This document shows positions 14,501 through 27,990 of a stretch of DNA of 64,000 nucleotides, in pieces. Position 1 is the stretch's first letter. Each line of letters begins with the position of its first letter. The notes below the pieces were generated by a model. It saw only the letters and a list, made by a program, of their open reading frames with translations, made no database searches and was not told the DNA's origin. The translations under genes and the position numbers were made by a program. The stretch is from contig CM059433.1 of NCBI GenBank assembly GCA_030390025.1, forward strand, positions 20,772,001 to 20,836,000. The letters run 5' to 3'. This stretch comes from Squalus acanthias (lineage: Eukaryota).

Positions 14501-16948
14501 CATGTATAGCCAAAAACCACTGCTGCCCAGCATAAGGTCATCTGTTGCTTGGGAGGCTCAGGAGCAGGTCAGAAAGTCTCATGTGTTTCTAGCTGACCTC
14601 CATGAAGCTACTAATGGGGTCAGGCTGTCTGGCGTTCTCCAACCCCCCATCCCTTTCTACTCACTTCCTTTAATGATGCCTGTCCTTTTTATGTTTTGTA
14701 GCATTCTGGCTCCTCAAGACTTCAAGTATGAGCTTAATATATGAAGAAAAGGAGCCAGGGCCAGGCGGGCAAGGTTAGGGAGTGGGGATTTCAGGCCCAA
14801 TTACAGGCCAGTTCAGTTGTTTAGGGTCTTAACAGCTATTGACAAAAGTCAACTTTCAGTGGCGTGAAATTGCCGTGAAAATGTTGTTGTGCAACTACTG
14901 ATTATTCAGTCGGGCTGTGATTGCTTGTTGTCGTTTTGGTTGTTTGTCTTTTCTGATTGTGTTCTTCACCGACTAGTCATCCTGATAGACATCCATTTAC
15001 TCGATCGGTGGTTAAGTTGTACCCCGGCAACCTGAGTAGCCAATGTACCCGTACAAAGTTCATTTTACTCTGAAACTTCTGCGACTCAGTCATGTATTGT
15101 GGCTTTCAAAGGCCGTGGGGGCTCCAAATAGCTGTGGCATGCTTTGTGTGAACCATGGTGTATGCTTGAATCTCCTTCCATGTGATTACTCCAGGTCTTT
15201 GGAGTGTTTTTTTTTGTCGCTTTAATAGCTTTAATAAAATTACAAAAATCTGCTCAGATTTCCTGCTGTTTTTAAATTAAAAACATTTTTACAAACTTTC
15301 GGTCGTATGTGGTGATCTCTGAGGCACTGAACAGGATGAATCTGTGATTTGTTGCTGCAGCATTTCACTTGGGTGTGCTAAATAAACTGATCTGTAGCAA
15401 CGTCAGGAAGTTTAAATGAAAACTGACAAGACATAAGATTTGAGTGGATGGTTTTATGGATATCCCATAGGACAGAAACCTGCTGGAAGCTCGAATACGA
15501 TTTTGAGTTTCTGTTATAGCTTAAGGCAGAATGGTGCATTTCTTTAGATTGCTAAATGACTGAAAGATTTCTAACAGACTCGAAGGAATTAGCAATAGAG
15601 TTGTGCAGGACAGTATGGGATGTATGATAGACAGTGTACCTGTTTGTATGTTAAGTTTTTTAGTACAAATATGGAGCCAGGATATCATATAATTGTCTTT
15701 AAAAGTTATATTCTCCATAAAATCTATTTGAAATATATATTTCAATAATCAAATCTTTTCCCAATACTTTATGTTGTTATGTCCATCATTGTTTACTAAA
15801 AATAACTATTAAACCAGATTCCCTGTTTATTTTGAGTTAGATAGAACAAGGTAAATCTATTTTGCCAATATATTATGGTTTATTGTTGGGTTTGGCATTA
15901 CAATGTAAGTCGCTTAAATGTACGATAACCTGTGTCTATTATAAACAACCGCTGTTCATGTCTACAAACAACACAGAACATTTCTTGCTCTGAGCAGAGC
16001 ACAGCTGAATCTGCTCACAGAATGGGACGATTTAGAGAAATTAAAGGCACTTTTTCAACATGTGGGTGTTGACAACAGAGGGAGATTCAAAGCCTGATTT
16101 TAACCCGTACCTGTAATCAGGCGGGTGTGGGGAAGTGGGGTGTGGGTGCTGAGGCGTGCGCCAAAACCCCCTGACCTCAGCGGCGTGAGGCCTGGGTGAT
16201 TTTAACGCCCAGGCTTCAACTGGTGGAAAGTGGCAGCTGTCCAGTGGGTGTGGAGCGCAATGTGGGGCTACAGGAGGCCGGAGGCCAGGACCTAAGAAAC
16301 GGTTCCCAGCACTCAAGTAAGTCTCAAGGAGAAGGTTTCGGGGTTGGCTGGGTAGGATCTCAGATCGGGAAGGGGCAGACCCCAGAGCAAAGGAAGCCTA
16401 AACTTATCTTGTGGGGCCTGGTGGAGCATTCCAGCTCCTCCTCCTCCTGGCCCCATAAAGAAGTACCAAGAACTTACCTCTTTGGGCCTCTTCTGGTCTT
16501 GATTCCTTTTTCTGTAGTCTTCACTTGGCGGGAAAGCCTCAAGCACTTCTCCACTTTGCAGGGATATTACATCAAATAGCTTCGCATTGAACCCACAAAA
16601 CATGTGCCGATTTTTTTTTGGGTTAACCAGGTGTCTAACTTGCAAGGAAACCATGTTTGAGTCTCCAAACCTAGTTACTGAGGAATCAACAGTCTCTTTA
16701 TGCCTGATTTTGAGTGCCCACTCGTTTCCAGTAGGAATGCACTCCTCTTACCCAAGTACAGAAAGCATGTGTACAGATTGTAAGACTTGAGGTTCAGGGA
16801 CCCTTAGGTGATCAGATAAATACTGCTGAAGTTTAACTAACTAATACAGTGGAGTCTGCCAGCACAGAGCATTGGTAAGCTTCCTTCTGCTTGACCAGCC
16901 AGGACTACCCTACCCATTAGGACATTGGCTTGCAGAGTTATCTGAAAC

Positions 16949-17774
16949 GGGGACGATTTTGTGAATGGGGGCGCCTTGGAGGCGGGACTGCTGCTTGTCC
17001 GGTCGATGTCCCGCCTCCATCGATTTGTGGCCAACCCACGCTATTTTCCCTTGATTGATCTTGTTAAGCACGCCTAGCGGGCTTAGCAGGCCAATCAAGG
17101 GAAAGCCGGTTGCAGAGCACATTAACGTATGACATTTCATCTGTCAAAAATTTTTGACAGATGAATTGTCATCGTTTGAAAGCTCTGTGAAGCTATCAAA
17201 CACTGACATTCTCTGCAGTTTGATGAGGTCTTGCATACAAGACCTCATCAACATTCTTTCTTTTACAGAAATGAAATGGTTGTTGCATATGAGAATGCAA
17301 CGGCCATCTCTCATCTGCAACATGGAGGTCCGAGAGTCTCCGCATACAAACCGACTGAAGCCTGCAGGAAGAAAAAGGTAAGTACACTTTTAAAAACACT
17401 TTGCACTTACCTCAAATACTCACCTCTACACTCTTGCACCCATCGCTTACCTTCACACCACACTTTTGCACCCCCCCCCCCCGACCCCCGCAGACCCAGT
17501 ACTCGCCACGCTGAGCTGGCGTGTTTTGGAGCCTTCGGGAAGCCCGCACTTGTGAGGGCAAAAAGGGGATAATCCTATTTTCTGCCTGTTAATAGGCAGT
17601 TAATAGGCTTTAATCCCTTCCCGCCTCCAAGGAGACGGGACCCGGCGTGGGATGGCTACCCGCCTCCTGGCAAGATGGCATGGAGGTGGGTTAGGCACCC
17701 ACCCCCAAATTCTGCCATTTTCCCGGCAGTCCCGCCTCTATACCCGCCTCCCCAGGGCTGGTAAAATCGCCCCC
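16949..17774. mobile_element. Harbinger-type MITE with internal palindromes
   Basis: TIRs GGGGACGATTTT and AAAATCGCCCCC; left 250 bp homologous to 61255-61500. Confidence 0.75.
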
Positions 17775-18375
17775 CAGGTGAGAGAATCACAGCAACAGGT
17801 CTACCCCTTCAGGTTCAATTAGAGATCCAGGCTGGCTAGTCAATATTAAAAGTCCTTTGGAGATCTGTGGGCAGCTCGGCTAAGGCTTCAGATTACTAAA
17901 TATGCTATAGATAGTGGATTTGGTTCCATTGCCAGCTATGTCATCTTGGAGTCACTTCAGTCTCACAGAGACCATGCTTAACATTGCCCCAAGAAATATA
18001 GCCACTAGCTGGTCATTACAAAACTGACAAACAGGTACAGGAGCTCCTCACGAGCATCATGGTGAGCAGCACAATGCATCATATAATGTGTAAGTGCATT
18101 GCCACCATTTTTCTTGACTAAAGCATGGAAACACACTACATAATGTTGGCTCAACCAATTGAAGGAGGAGGGTTTCAGCAGCATCTCTGTGACCCAGTCA
18201 TGGTAGATGCCAATCCCTCCAGGTGATGCCCCCCAGGAGCTGTTATCCCAAGATTCATAAGGGGTAGATCTTGACTTTGTGCGATAGTGTAAAATGGGTG
18301 ATAGTGAGTCAGCAGCCTGTTTTACATCTCTCCCAATTTTTATTTCCATTGACTTTATGGATTTAAATTTTAAAT

Positions 18376-18810
18376 GCCAATCTTGGCTCAGTAGGAGCAC
18401 ACTTACCTCTGCATCAGTAAGTCATGGGTCTAAGCCCCACTCCAGGTACTTGAGCAAATAACCTAGGTTGACACTTCAGTGCAGTAGTGAGAGAGTGCTG
18501 TGCCATCTTTTGAATGAAACATTAAACCAGGTCCCCATTTGCCCTCTCGGGTGGACGTAAAAGATTCCATGGCACTTTTCGAAGAAGAGCAAGAGCGTTT
18601 TATTGGTTGCCTGGCCAACTTTTATCACTCAACCAACATTAGTAAACCAGATTATATGGTCATTATCTCATTGTCGTTTGTGGGATCTTGCTGAGCGCAA
18701 AGTGACGATCACGTTTCTACTCAGTAAATCCATGACTACACTACAAAAGTGCTTTGGCATATCCTGTGTTCATGAAAGGTGTTATATAAATACAAGTTCT
18801 CTCTTTCTTT
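18376..18810 (+). mobile_element. Deu-domain tRNA-derived SINE
   Basis: tggctcagt A-box-like head, Deu core, tail gaaaggtgttatataaatacaagttctctctttc. Confidence 0.78.
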
Positions 18811-20289
18811 CAAGATTTGGCTCCTGAGGCTCCGTGCTGTGCATTTATCTGTTAAAGGCTTGCACACCCTTGACATAAGGAGCCTTTACTTTTGAAGAAT
18901 GCAGTCAATGGCAAATGTGCATTCCTGTCACTGTCCGCTCCACTTGTAAAGATAAATAACCTGACCTTCACTGCTGCAATGCAGTGGAAATCAACTTTTG
19001 GGTCTTCCAATATAATATTGCATCTGTCTTTAAAAGTAAATGTGACAGCCAGAGTCCCTCACTTTTTAGCAACAGTAGCCATGGCACAAGGTAAAGTAAA
19101 TAGCGGAGACTAATAAATAGAGGTCGCAGGTCTCTGTTTGGAGACCCACTCTCCTAGGCCCTGCTAGCGAACATAAAAGCCTGTAGTGGTTCCTATGTAA
19201 TGATGATGGAGCACATTTCTGTACCTATCAGGCAGCTAAAAGCTGGATAACAATTCTGTAGTTCATCTCTTTGTTACCTGCTCCTTCTTTGATGCTTTCA
19301 CACTTGTGAAAAACAGTCAATGAATAGTTGATCTGATCCTTATTGATGTATGGTGCAAATAGCCATCAAGAACCAAGACCTGTAGAAGAGCCTTTTTCTG
19401 AACATTCACAATATCGTCTGGTCATGTTTGTGGCATTAGGAATTGATTGTGTAGATGCCACCTTGGCTAAATGGAATTAGGAAAGAAAATTCTTGGCTTT
19501 ATTTAATCCAAATGATTGGATATGAAATTCTCTTTAACAATTTTGTTAGGGGTTGATAATTATGTTGGAAAAAAAACAGGCGTTCTCTCACTTTTGCTAA
19601 AAGAGGAATATCACCCCTGGTTACCTGGTAATTAAGTGACATTCTGAGCTGAGGCAACAGTTTATGATTAAAACATGAGTCAACATCAGATTTAGACAAC
19701 ATGTAAATAGAATTTTTTTTAGGGATGATTAATGTTAGGCAGTGAGGCCTAGTTGACAAGTTAATTTATAATTGGAGCATTGTGAAAATAGAACCAGGGA
19801 GGATTAAGCAGGGCCACTGGCTAAGAAACAACTTGACTGTCATTAGATGTGATCTCATTTGGATCAGACTTCAACATCTTCCTCGGAAACCTTTCATTTT
19901 CTGCAGGAAACAATTAGCACTGTTGCTATTAGTCTCAAAATTGAAAATGTGAGTGTAAAGAACTAATTTAAGATTTCACTATGAGTAGAGAAGAAATCGC
20001 TATACCTAAATCACACTGCATGACATTGTTCATTGTTCATTGCACACAGCCTGACTCTACCATTGTTAACCAGTTATGGTCGCTACCTTTTGAAAATCCC
20101 AGATCAGGACATTTATGGGTTGAAATTCCATTATGCAAAATTTGGTAATAACAGTACACAATTGAATGTTCTGTCGGTCCGACAGCTCCAAAGCTTCATT
20201 CCACAAATTTGTAAAAACAAAGGAAGAACCCTAACCCTAATGCAGCCGTGTGAGATTCCTTTTTGCACTATTTTACAAAGACATCCATG

Positions 20290-20685
20290 AACAAATAAAT
20301 TTGCATTTACATAGTGCCTTTTGGGTCCTCATGACTCCCTAAAGTGCTTCACAGCTAATTCTTTGAAGTACAGTCACTGTTATAATGTAGGAAAGCCCAG
20401 CAGCAAGGTCCCACAAACAGCCAAGAGGGAAATGATCAGTTAATCTTTATTGGTAGTGTTGGTTGGGGGCTAAGTGTTGGCCAGGACACCGGGGTCCACT
20501 CTTCTACTCCTCTTCGAATCGTGCCATGACAGGCAGCTGGGACCTTTGTTTCATGTCTCTTCTAAAAGATGTCACCTCCAACAATGCGGCACTCGCTCAG
20601 CATTGTACTGAAGTGTCGGCCTACAATAAACCCACGACTTTCTGACTTGGTGGTGAGTGTGGTACCACTGAGTCAAGCTGACGCT
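20290..20685 (-). mobile_element. Deu-domain SINE, degenerate
   Basis: ttgcatttacatagtgcc tail through accactgagtcaagctgac head. Confidence 0.7.
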
Positions 20686-21834
20686 TAATAAATAGATTCA
20701 TATTTTTGTTAAATAGCAAATAAGAGAATCTCATAGAAACACATTCACGTGGCCATGACTAACATCACAGTATGCGATTTCAACAGAGTCTAGATATTGC
20801 CGATATTAGTGGATGTAAATTGAATTAATTTGTGTGACATTCCTCTCTGTGCTATTTTAGTGGCGGAATTAACCCATTTAAAATAAACAGGTTTATGTTT
20901 GTATTAAACTAGCAGACTCAAGAATGCCATGCAAATACAGTAAGCCTTCATCCACTTGAATTATATAAAATTACATAGAAATCACAACATGGAAACATGT
21001 TAAGCCCAACAAGTCAATATTGGTGTTTATCCTCCATAGGAGCATTAATCCTAATAACCCTTTTATAGGATAGTGTATAATATAATAGGTTAACACCTTT
21101 GCATAAGTAAAAGGTATCGTAGGATAGTTAACATAGAGGGGCTGCCGTGAAGAAGAAAGTGTAAAAACCATAGGCGTACATTGGGTATAATTCGATAACC
21201 TGTTCAGAACATCTGGTGAGAAGTTATGAAAAGTAGCTTAGCAATACCTAAGTCAGTATTACTGTCTGTGTATTATGAGAATGTTTTCGGTGTGATAGAG
21301 GCTAACACATGGTTTAGATTAGACCGTTAGAATTCTGCAGGTCAAAGCTAAGCAAGCAGGATGTGTTGTCAGTTTCAGGCAAATTAAGATGCATCAAAGA
21401 ATTTATGTAACGAATTACGGCTAGTTTGGAGACAACATGTTCTTATATTGTTCTTATTCTGGTAAGAGTGTAATGTTTATAACAATGTAAAATTGTCTTG
21501 TCTTTTAATGATAAGAAATGGAATGCCACCCACATCCCAGTGAGAATGAAGTCTATGTGGTGCAACATTGCCATCTACTGGTGGTGTAGCATATGACACA
21601 CAAGGATCACATGTCAATAGTCTCAGAATTGATAGGTTCAGAGCAAGTCATCTGACGTTGTTTAGCAACTGTTTCTCTGACTGTATAAATAGGACCTCTT
21701 TCAATAATTCTTTCACATTTTCCTCAATTGGATTGGTTTGTAGTGCGCAGTCCCTGATGTATATCCTACTTGTAAGTACATGGATGTATAGACTCTGTCG
21801 ATATTAATAAACTCAACAATTTGCTTTGTCGCTG

Positions 21835-22170
21835 ACATCCAAACCGATATAATTTGATTAATCTACTCGGTTGATCTAACACCTTTATCACCCTTTGCTT
21901 CAACCACCTATCTAATCTATTCTTAACTGCCAACATGGTCCCTGCTTCAATCATTAACTCCAGTTGTGCATTCCATAGCTTCACAACCCTCTGTATAAAA
22001 GATTTCTCCTGCTCTCTGTCCTAAATCTCTTACATTTAACCTTATATCTATGTCTCCTTGTTCTGGACCTCTCAATCATGTTTTCTGTCTACTCCTTCAT
22101 AGTTTTGAACACCTCTACCTAATCACCACTTAATCTCCTCTGTGCTAATGAAAACAGCCCTAATATTGCT
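21835..22170 (-). mobile_element. Old CR1 3' fragment
   Basis: ORF 21766..21984 KLWNAQ...AVKNRLDRW resembles the CR1 ORF2 C-terminus. Confidence 0.6.
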
Positions 22171-22752
22171 ACAGTAATTTCTAAAACATTAGGGAGGTAA
22201 GTGGAGAAGGAGCACATTAAGAGGTATTATATATAAGTCAGATTCACATAACTTAAGGAATACTGGTAACTAGTTCCATTTGGACTTGCATACTGTACTA
22301 CCTGGGAACTGAGACAGAATGGAAGTGGTAGCTACCAAGTGAATGATAGGTGATGTATTAAGGAACCTATGCATTTTGGTTGATATTTTGGTCTTAAGTT
22401 GCAAGTAATGGCAGGTTTAGAAATGTTGAAGCTACAAGCACTGATACCTTTATTATACAAGCATTGCAAAATGCAGTAAATAATATTACCTCACAGGCCT
22501 AGTTAGGCCCTCCAAAATAAGCATACAACCACACATTTCCAGGCACATGCATGCTGCATCATACATCATGTAGCTGCCTTTGTATGCTACGGTGCTGAGA
22601 AATTTTTGAAGGGAGCTGAATGCTTAATGTGTGTTATAGGCACATTGGGGTAGATTTTCATCTGTACCACCTAGGTATTAACCATCACCTGGGCAGTATG
22701 CAGAAAGGAACATCTGCCAAGGAGGTTTTGCATGCCTCTAACAGGACCCTTT

Positions 22753-23513
22753 GGGGGAAAAATTCAGCTGCTTGCGCCTCCCGTTAGCGCCTTAAGAGGG
22801 CGCTAATGGGGCGTAAAGCAGCTAACGCCCGGGCGCAGCGCCGCCCACGCCTCCCGAAAAATTTAGTGGGAGGTTAGCGGCGGCGGCAGCCGGTAGCGCC
22901 CTGTGGCGCTGCGCCGCCGGCGATGACGTCATCGCCGTGCGCAGCACCCCGCTCGCGCCCCGGCCGTGATCTTCAGTCGTGCCCCCTGATTTACCGCCAG
23001 ACGCTATGTCCGACGGGTTCAGGGAGGCGTACGTGCGGCCGGGGCGGCGATATTTAAAGCGGAGGTGGCAGGCGGCCATTTTTGTTGCTGGCCGCCTGCC
23101 AGCACCTGCCCCCGGCCCCCGTGAAGCCCCCCCACCGTGAAGTGCCGGCTGCGCTCCAAGAGCCCGGCACTTCTCTTGAGTGCCGGGCTCTTTTGCCGGC
23201 ACTCCCGATCCCTGGGGGCCCAGCTGGGCCCCGGTTCGCGCTGCGCAGGGTCCCTCCCCTTTAAGAAGGGGAGGAAGGCCTGCAATACCGCGGCGCGACG
23301 TGCCGCAGCGCGTGGCGCTGCGGCACGTAGCGCCAGGATATTCACTCGCAGCGCCCCAAGAGGGATGCGGGCTGCTTCCAGTTGCGCCCCGCTTCCCTCT
23401 TGGGGCGCAACCACTGAAGTTCCGGCGCGGGGCCGCTAATTTTTTCGGGGCGCTAAAAGTCGCGCCCCGGCGAGGTTAGCGCCCCAAATGGGGCGCGACT
23501 CAATTTTTACCCC
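22753..23513 (+). mobile_element. Young GC/CpG-rich Harbinger-type MITE, copy 1 (761 bp)
   Basis: TIRs GGGGGAAAAATT and AATTTTTACCCC; TTT on both flanks; subterminal ttagcgcc/ggcgctaa motifs; near-identical to 32796-33568. Confidence 0.9.
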
Positions 23514-24279
23514 TTTGGATTTTCCTTCCTGCAAACCTCCCTGTGACATTTTCCTTTCTATACTGTGATTTCTTTTTGCAGCAAATTTCTGTCGCTACGG
23601 TTTAAATTTTAGTGCAAAGATTGTAGCATGGTGAGCGTATCGATTTAATTAAGCACCAGCTCTTTGTACCTGGGGTGGGTTCAAAACACACTGCACTGGT
23701 ACACACTTGCATTCTAAGTAGAAAATTGAGCATTTTGTCACAGTATGCCATCGCTGCTGTTGAACTGTGATATCTCTACCAGCAGCGCTCAGCTACATAC
23801 GTCAATGTGGCACCTCAGGTGTCCAAATATTTGCCTGAAACAAAAACAACGCAAAGATGTTTGAGTGTTCAGTGTAATTTAAATACTATAGAGTTCCTCA
23901 CCTTAGGTCAGTGGCTTTGTTGACCACTTTTGGTAGTTAGCAATATTTGTTACCACTTTCCATTAGTCATTGTGCTTCAACTTGACACACGAGAAAGATC
24001 CATTCACTTGGATTAGTAATGGCTTCCCTGCATGTGTTTGTTTAACATAACAGCAGGTATCAGGCTTTCTGCTCCCTTTGTTTTTCCCTGAAAGCTGTCA
24101 ATGCTCTTTTAGAATAATTGAAATATTTATGTGCACAGTGTCTTGCTAGCTTTGATACTGAATTAGGTAACCCTACAAATTACTGTTGGCAATTGTAATA
24201 TATACAGCACAGCGCAAAACCAGCAACCTTTTTAAACTGTTGCTGCTACTAATGATGTTTGGATTACTGATAAATCCAA

Positions 24280-24537
24280 TAGGGAAATAAGGAGAAACTT
24301 CTTTACTCAGAGAGTGGTTAGAATGTGGAAGTCGCGACCACTGGAAGTGGCTGAAGCATATAGCATAGATGCTTTTAATAGGAAACTAGACGAGTACGTG
24401 AGAGAAAAGACAATAGAAAGGCCGAGGTGAGGTAAATAGAATGGGAGGAGACTCGTATGGAGTATAAACACCAGCACAGACTATTTAGGCAGTATGGCCT
24501 TTTTTCTGTACTGTATATTCTTTGCAGTTCTATGTAA
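24280..24537 (+). mobile_element. CR1 3' end fragment
   Basis: aggagaaacttctttactcagagagtggttagaatgtggaa; same subfamily as 46670-47005. Confidence 0.75.
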
Positions 24538-24639
24538 TTTGAATGTTTAAAATATAAGGGGTTAGGGTATCTCTATTTAACAAAGATGTTTTCAATAATT
24601 AATTTTTTTATTGTATTTCCAAGATTTTGTTGTTTTCTC

Positions 24640-26065
24640 CATGCAAGTCATGAGGCTTGGTTGCCTAGTGCCTTTGCCTCAGCAACATTGAGGTGGTCTG
24701 ATCAGTGGTGTCAGGCTGAAGCCCATATGGTGGCCCCTTTCCAACCAATTTTCTCACCTCCTCTCCAGGGGTGAGTGACTTATGTCAAGGTATGATTCCA
24801 CATGTGTAAGCCTGGACAGTACTGCAGAGGTGACTGGATAGTAATCAGGAGCAAAAGTCCTGGCTGATAATTCCTGGCGTTTCCCAGTTAATGGGCTTTG
24901 AAGCCAACTGTGATGTTCCTAGTGTTGCCCTGATTTGCAATCAGCTAACACAGCACAGACCAGAGATCCCACCAACATAACATAAGAACATAAGAAATAG
25001 GAGCAGGAGGAGGCCATTTGGCCCTTCGAGCCTGCTCCGCCATTCAATAAGATCATGGCTGATCTTCTACCTCATCTTCACTTTACCGGAACTATCCCCA
25101 TATCCTTTGATTCCCTTAATATTCAAAAATCTATTGATCTCTGTCTTGAATATACTCAATAACTGAGCTTCTGAGCCCTCTGGGGTAGAGAATTCCAAAG
25201 ATTCACCACCCTCTGAGTGAAGAAATTTCTCCTCATCTCAGTCCTAAATGGCCGACCCCTTATTCTGAGACTGTGACCCCTGGTTCTAGACTCTCCAGCC
25301 AGGGGAAACATCCTCCCTGCATCTACCCTGTCAAGCCCTGTAAGAATTTTGTATGATTCAATGAGATCACCTCTCATTCTTCTAAACTCGAGAGAATATA
25401 GGCCTAATCTACTCAATCTGTCCTCATAGGACAATCCCCCCATCCCAGCAACCAGTCTGGTGAACCTTTGTTGCACTCCCTCTATGGCAAATATATCCTT
25501 CCTTAGGTAAGGAGACCAAAACTGTACACAATACTCCAGGTGTGGTCTCACCAGGGCCCTATATAATTGCAGTAAGACGTCTTTACTCTTATACTCAAAT
25601 CCTCTTGTAATAAAGGCCAACATACCATTTGCTTTCCTAATTGCTTGCTGTACCTGCATGTTAACTTTCAGTGATTCGTGTACAAGGACACCCAGGTCCC
25701 TCTGAGCACCAGCATTTTCCAATTTCTCACCATTTACAAAAAACTCTGCTTTTCTATTTTTCCTACCAAAGTGGATAACTTCACATTTCTCCACAATATA
25801 TTCCATTTGCCATGTTCTTGCCCACTCACTTAGCCTGTCTATATCCCCTTGAAGCCTCCTTGCATCCTCCTCACAACTTACATTCCCACCCAGCTTTGTA
25901 TCATCAGCAAATTTGGATATATTACATTTGGTCCCCTCATCCAAATCATTGATGTAGAGTGTGAATAGCTGAGGCCCAAGCACTGATCCTTGCGGTGCCC
26001 CACTAGTTACCTTCAAATTCTGTATGGCTTTTAGTGACACATCAGCCAATGTACTTGCCCACTGA
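24640..26065 (-). mobile_element. Second, older tRNA-derived SINE family (AmnSINE2-like by recollection), split by the CR1 at 24974-26010
   Basis: atcagctaacacagcacagaccag body at ~24950 and head continuing at 26011-26065. Related copies at ~31310-31590, 47620-48010, 49490-49890 and 63890-64000. Confidence 0.5.
24974..26010 (-). mobile_element. 5'-truncated CR1 with an open RT C-terminal frame
   Basis: ORF 25156..26049 (GAPQGSVLGPQLFTLYINDLD, FADDTK); (aagaacat)n tail at 24974. Confidence 0.93.
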
Positions 26066-26489
26066 AATCCTGGAGCACAATGAGTCTTCTTGATTAAAAG
26101 AGCATTGGCATTGCTTGACTTGACTTGGTACAGGAAAATGCTGAAACAAATTTAGAAAAAGGCATTAGGGTACAAACAGGGTAAAAGATGATGATGGCAA
26201 AAGATATTAAACATAATAACAGAACCTTTTTTCACTATTAAAACAGTAACAAAGTGGCTAGAACCCTAACCAACAAGGTGGTGGAATAGTTGAGGAAGGG
26301 AAACAGCAGAATTACTTTATGATTACCGGGGAGGGAATACTTATCCAGTCATTGAAGTACAACGAATATCCTAGATGGGTTTTAAAAGCTGCTTAGAAAA
26401 GGTAAACAGTAGTTTCCATTTCCCTTAATCCATCAAACCGTCGAGGCCAGATGAGATAGGGCATAAATGGAAATTGCTGGAAATGTGAA

Positions 26490-26592
26490 TTAAAAACAGA
26501 AAATACCGGAAATACTCAGCAGGACAGGCAGCATCTGTGGAGAGAGAAGCAGAGTTAACGTTTCAGGTCGATGACCTTTCGTCAGAACTGGA
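26490..26592 (-). mobile_element. Penelope-like terminal-repeat fragment
   Basis: aaaacagaaataccggaaatactcagcagg...gcagcatctgtggagag followed by a hammerhead motif; related to 35095-35310 and 46622-47056. Confidence 0.65.
26553..26589 (-). ncRNA. Minimal type I hammerhead ribozyme motif
   Basis: Minus strand AGTT CTGACGA A AGGTC-ATC-GACCT GAAA CGTT AACT: intact core, 5-bp stem II, 4-bp stem I, palindromic AACGTT stem III. Confidence 0.7.
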
Positions 26593-27629
26593 ATTAGTAA
26601 GGAACTTTGTGGGGAACTGGCTATACTTATGAAAAAAAAACATTGGATACTGGAGATGTTTTTCAGGAGAGCAAATGTGAGCAAACCTAGTATTTAGTTT
26701 AAGAAAAGTACAAACCTGGCCCAGGTCTGTTAGGCTAATATTAATAGTGGATAAAGTGTAGACTGAAGAGGTATTATAAATTTCAGGTCTGGCTTCGATA
26801 TTCTCTCTGGTTCAGTGGTGCTAGTCGCTCCTGTTACCGGTCCCCACATCTTAAGTTCAGGACTGTGCCCATACTGCCCAATATCTAATATGATAACACA
26901 ACCCGGGGGTAAAAATTGAACGCCCTCATTTACCTGAACTGGATATTGTGCCTTTTGTTCTCGCATGCATTTCGCAAGTCTTTCACTGGATGCACAGAAA
27001 CACTTTAGTGTGATGAGGTTAGATGTGAATAGTTAAACTGCTTTATTTTACAGATGGCAGGTGAATGTACAGAGTAGTAGTTGTAATCAAATCGCACTTA
27101 CTTCATTTAACTTTCCTTCTCTCCGCTTACATGATAAGCTTAATAAATCATGCCACATCACCCTGTGCTACTTGGCTGCTTTGCTCTTTTTTTGGTTAAC
27201 CTTCTGGTTTTCACTTGCTTAAATTCGGCAGGACCTCCGGGAAACCCGCACTTCCGGGTTTCTTGGCCTCTAAAACTCCAACAACGCCCCAACGCACCCT
27301 TCCCGCAACCCTGTTACTCCTGTTGTCATTGGGGCCACAATGTCTAAAGCTCTTTAGTTTAGATGCTTTATCTGAACCATAATCTACATTTCCTAGCTCT
27401 GTTGTTGAGTGAGTTTAACTCCTTGAGAGCTACTTTTAACTTATAGTCACATTTTTAACATAAATTACACCAATATCCTCCTGTGTCAGAGCCAGAACTC
27501 TCAAGATGTGAACCTATATAGCAATAGTTTAACAAGAAACAGCCAGAACTGGATTTAAAAGGCAAAGGTGCTGCTTGACAAACTTCCTCAACTTCTTTGC
27601 AACATTACCAATAATATTTAAATAAACTT

Positions 27630-27990
27630 TCAGAAAGCTTTTGACAAGGTCTCCCAGGACAGGCTGCTGATAAAATCCAGGGTTGAACTCCGGCTGAAGG
27701 AAGGGACCTCACTGAGGTACATAAAGTACTAAGGCCGCCCCAGACTTTATTTCAAGGTAAGATATGACTTTAGGGTAAGAGCACATCAATTTAAATTAGA
27801 AGGAAGTAAATTAAAAAAAAACATCTTCTGGATAAAAGAAACATTTAGTCAGAAGGTGATCCAGCTTTGAAATAATCTGCCAGAAAAGGTGATGGAGGGT
27901 TTTGCAGAAACATGAGTAGACTACTTAAAGGGATGAACTACAAATGAGCCAAATGACCTTCCATTATTCTTGACTTTTTCTTATGTTCTT
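27630..27990 (+). mobile_element. Highly degenerate CR1 fragments
   Basis: ttcagaaagcttttgacaaggt (FQKAFDKV) and a ttcttatgttctta tail. Confidence 0.55.

Noticed and set aside
22822..23479. Overlapping ORFs repeated at 32865-33534 and 56779-57283
   Set aside because: Expected from very high GC content; no recognisable domain and open in several frames on both strands.
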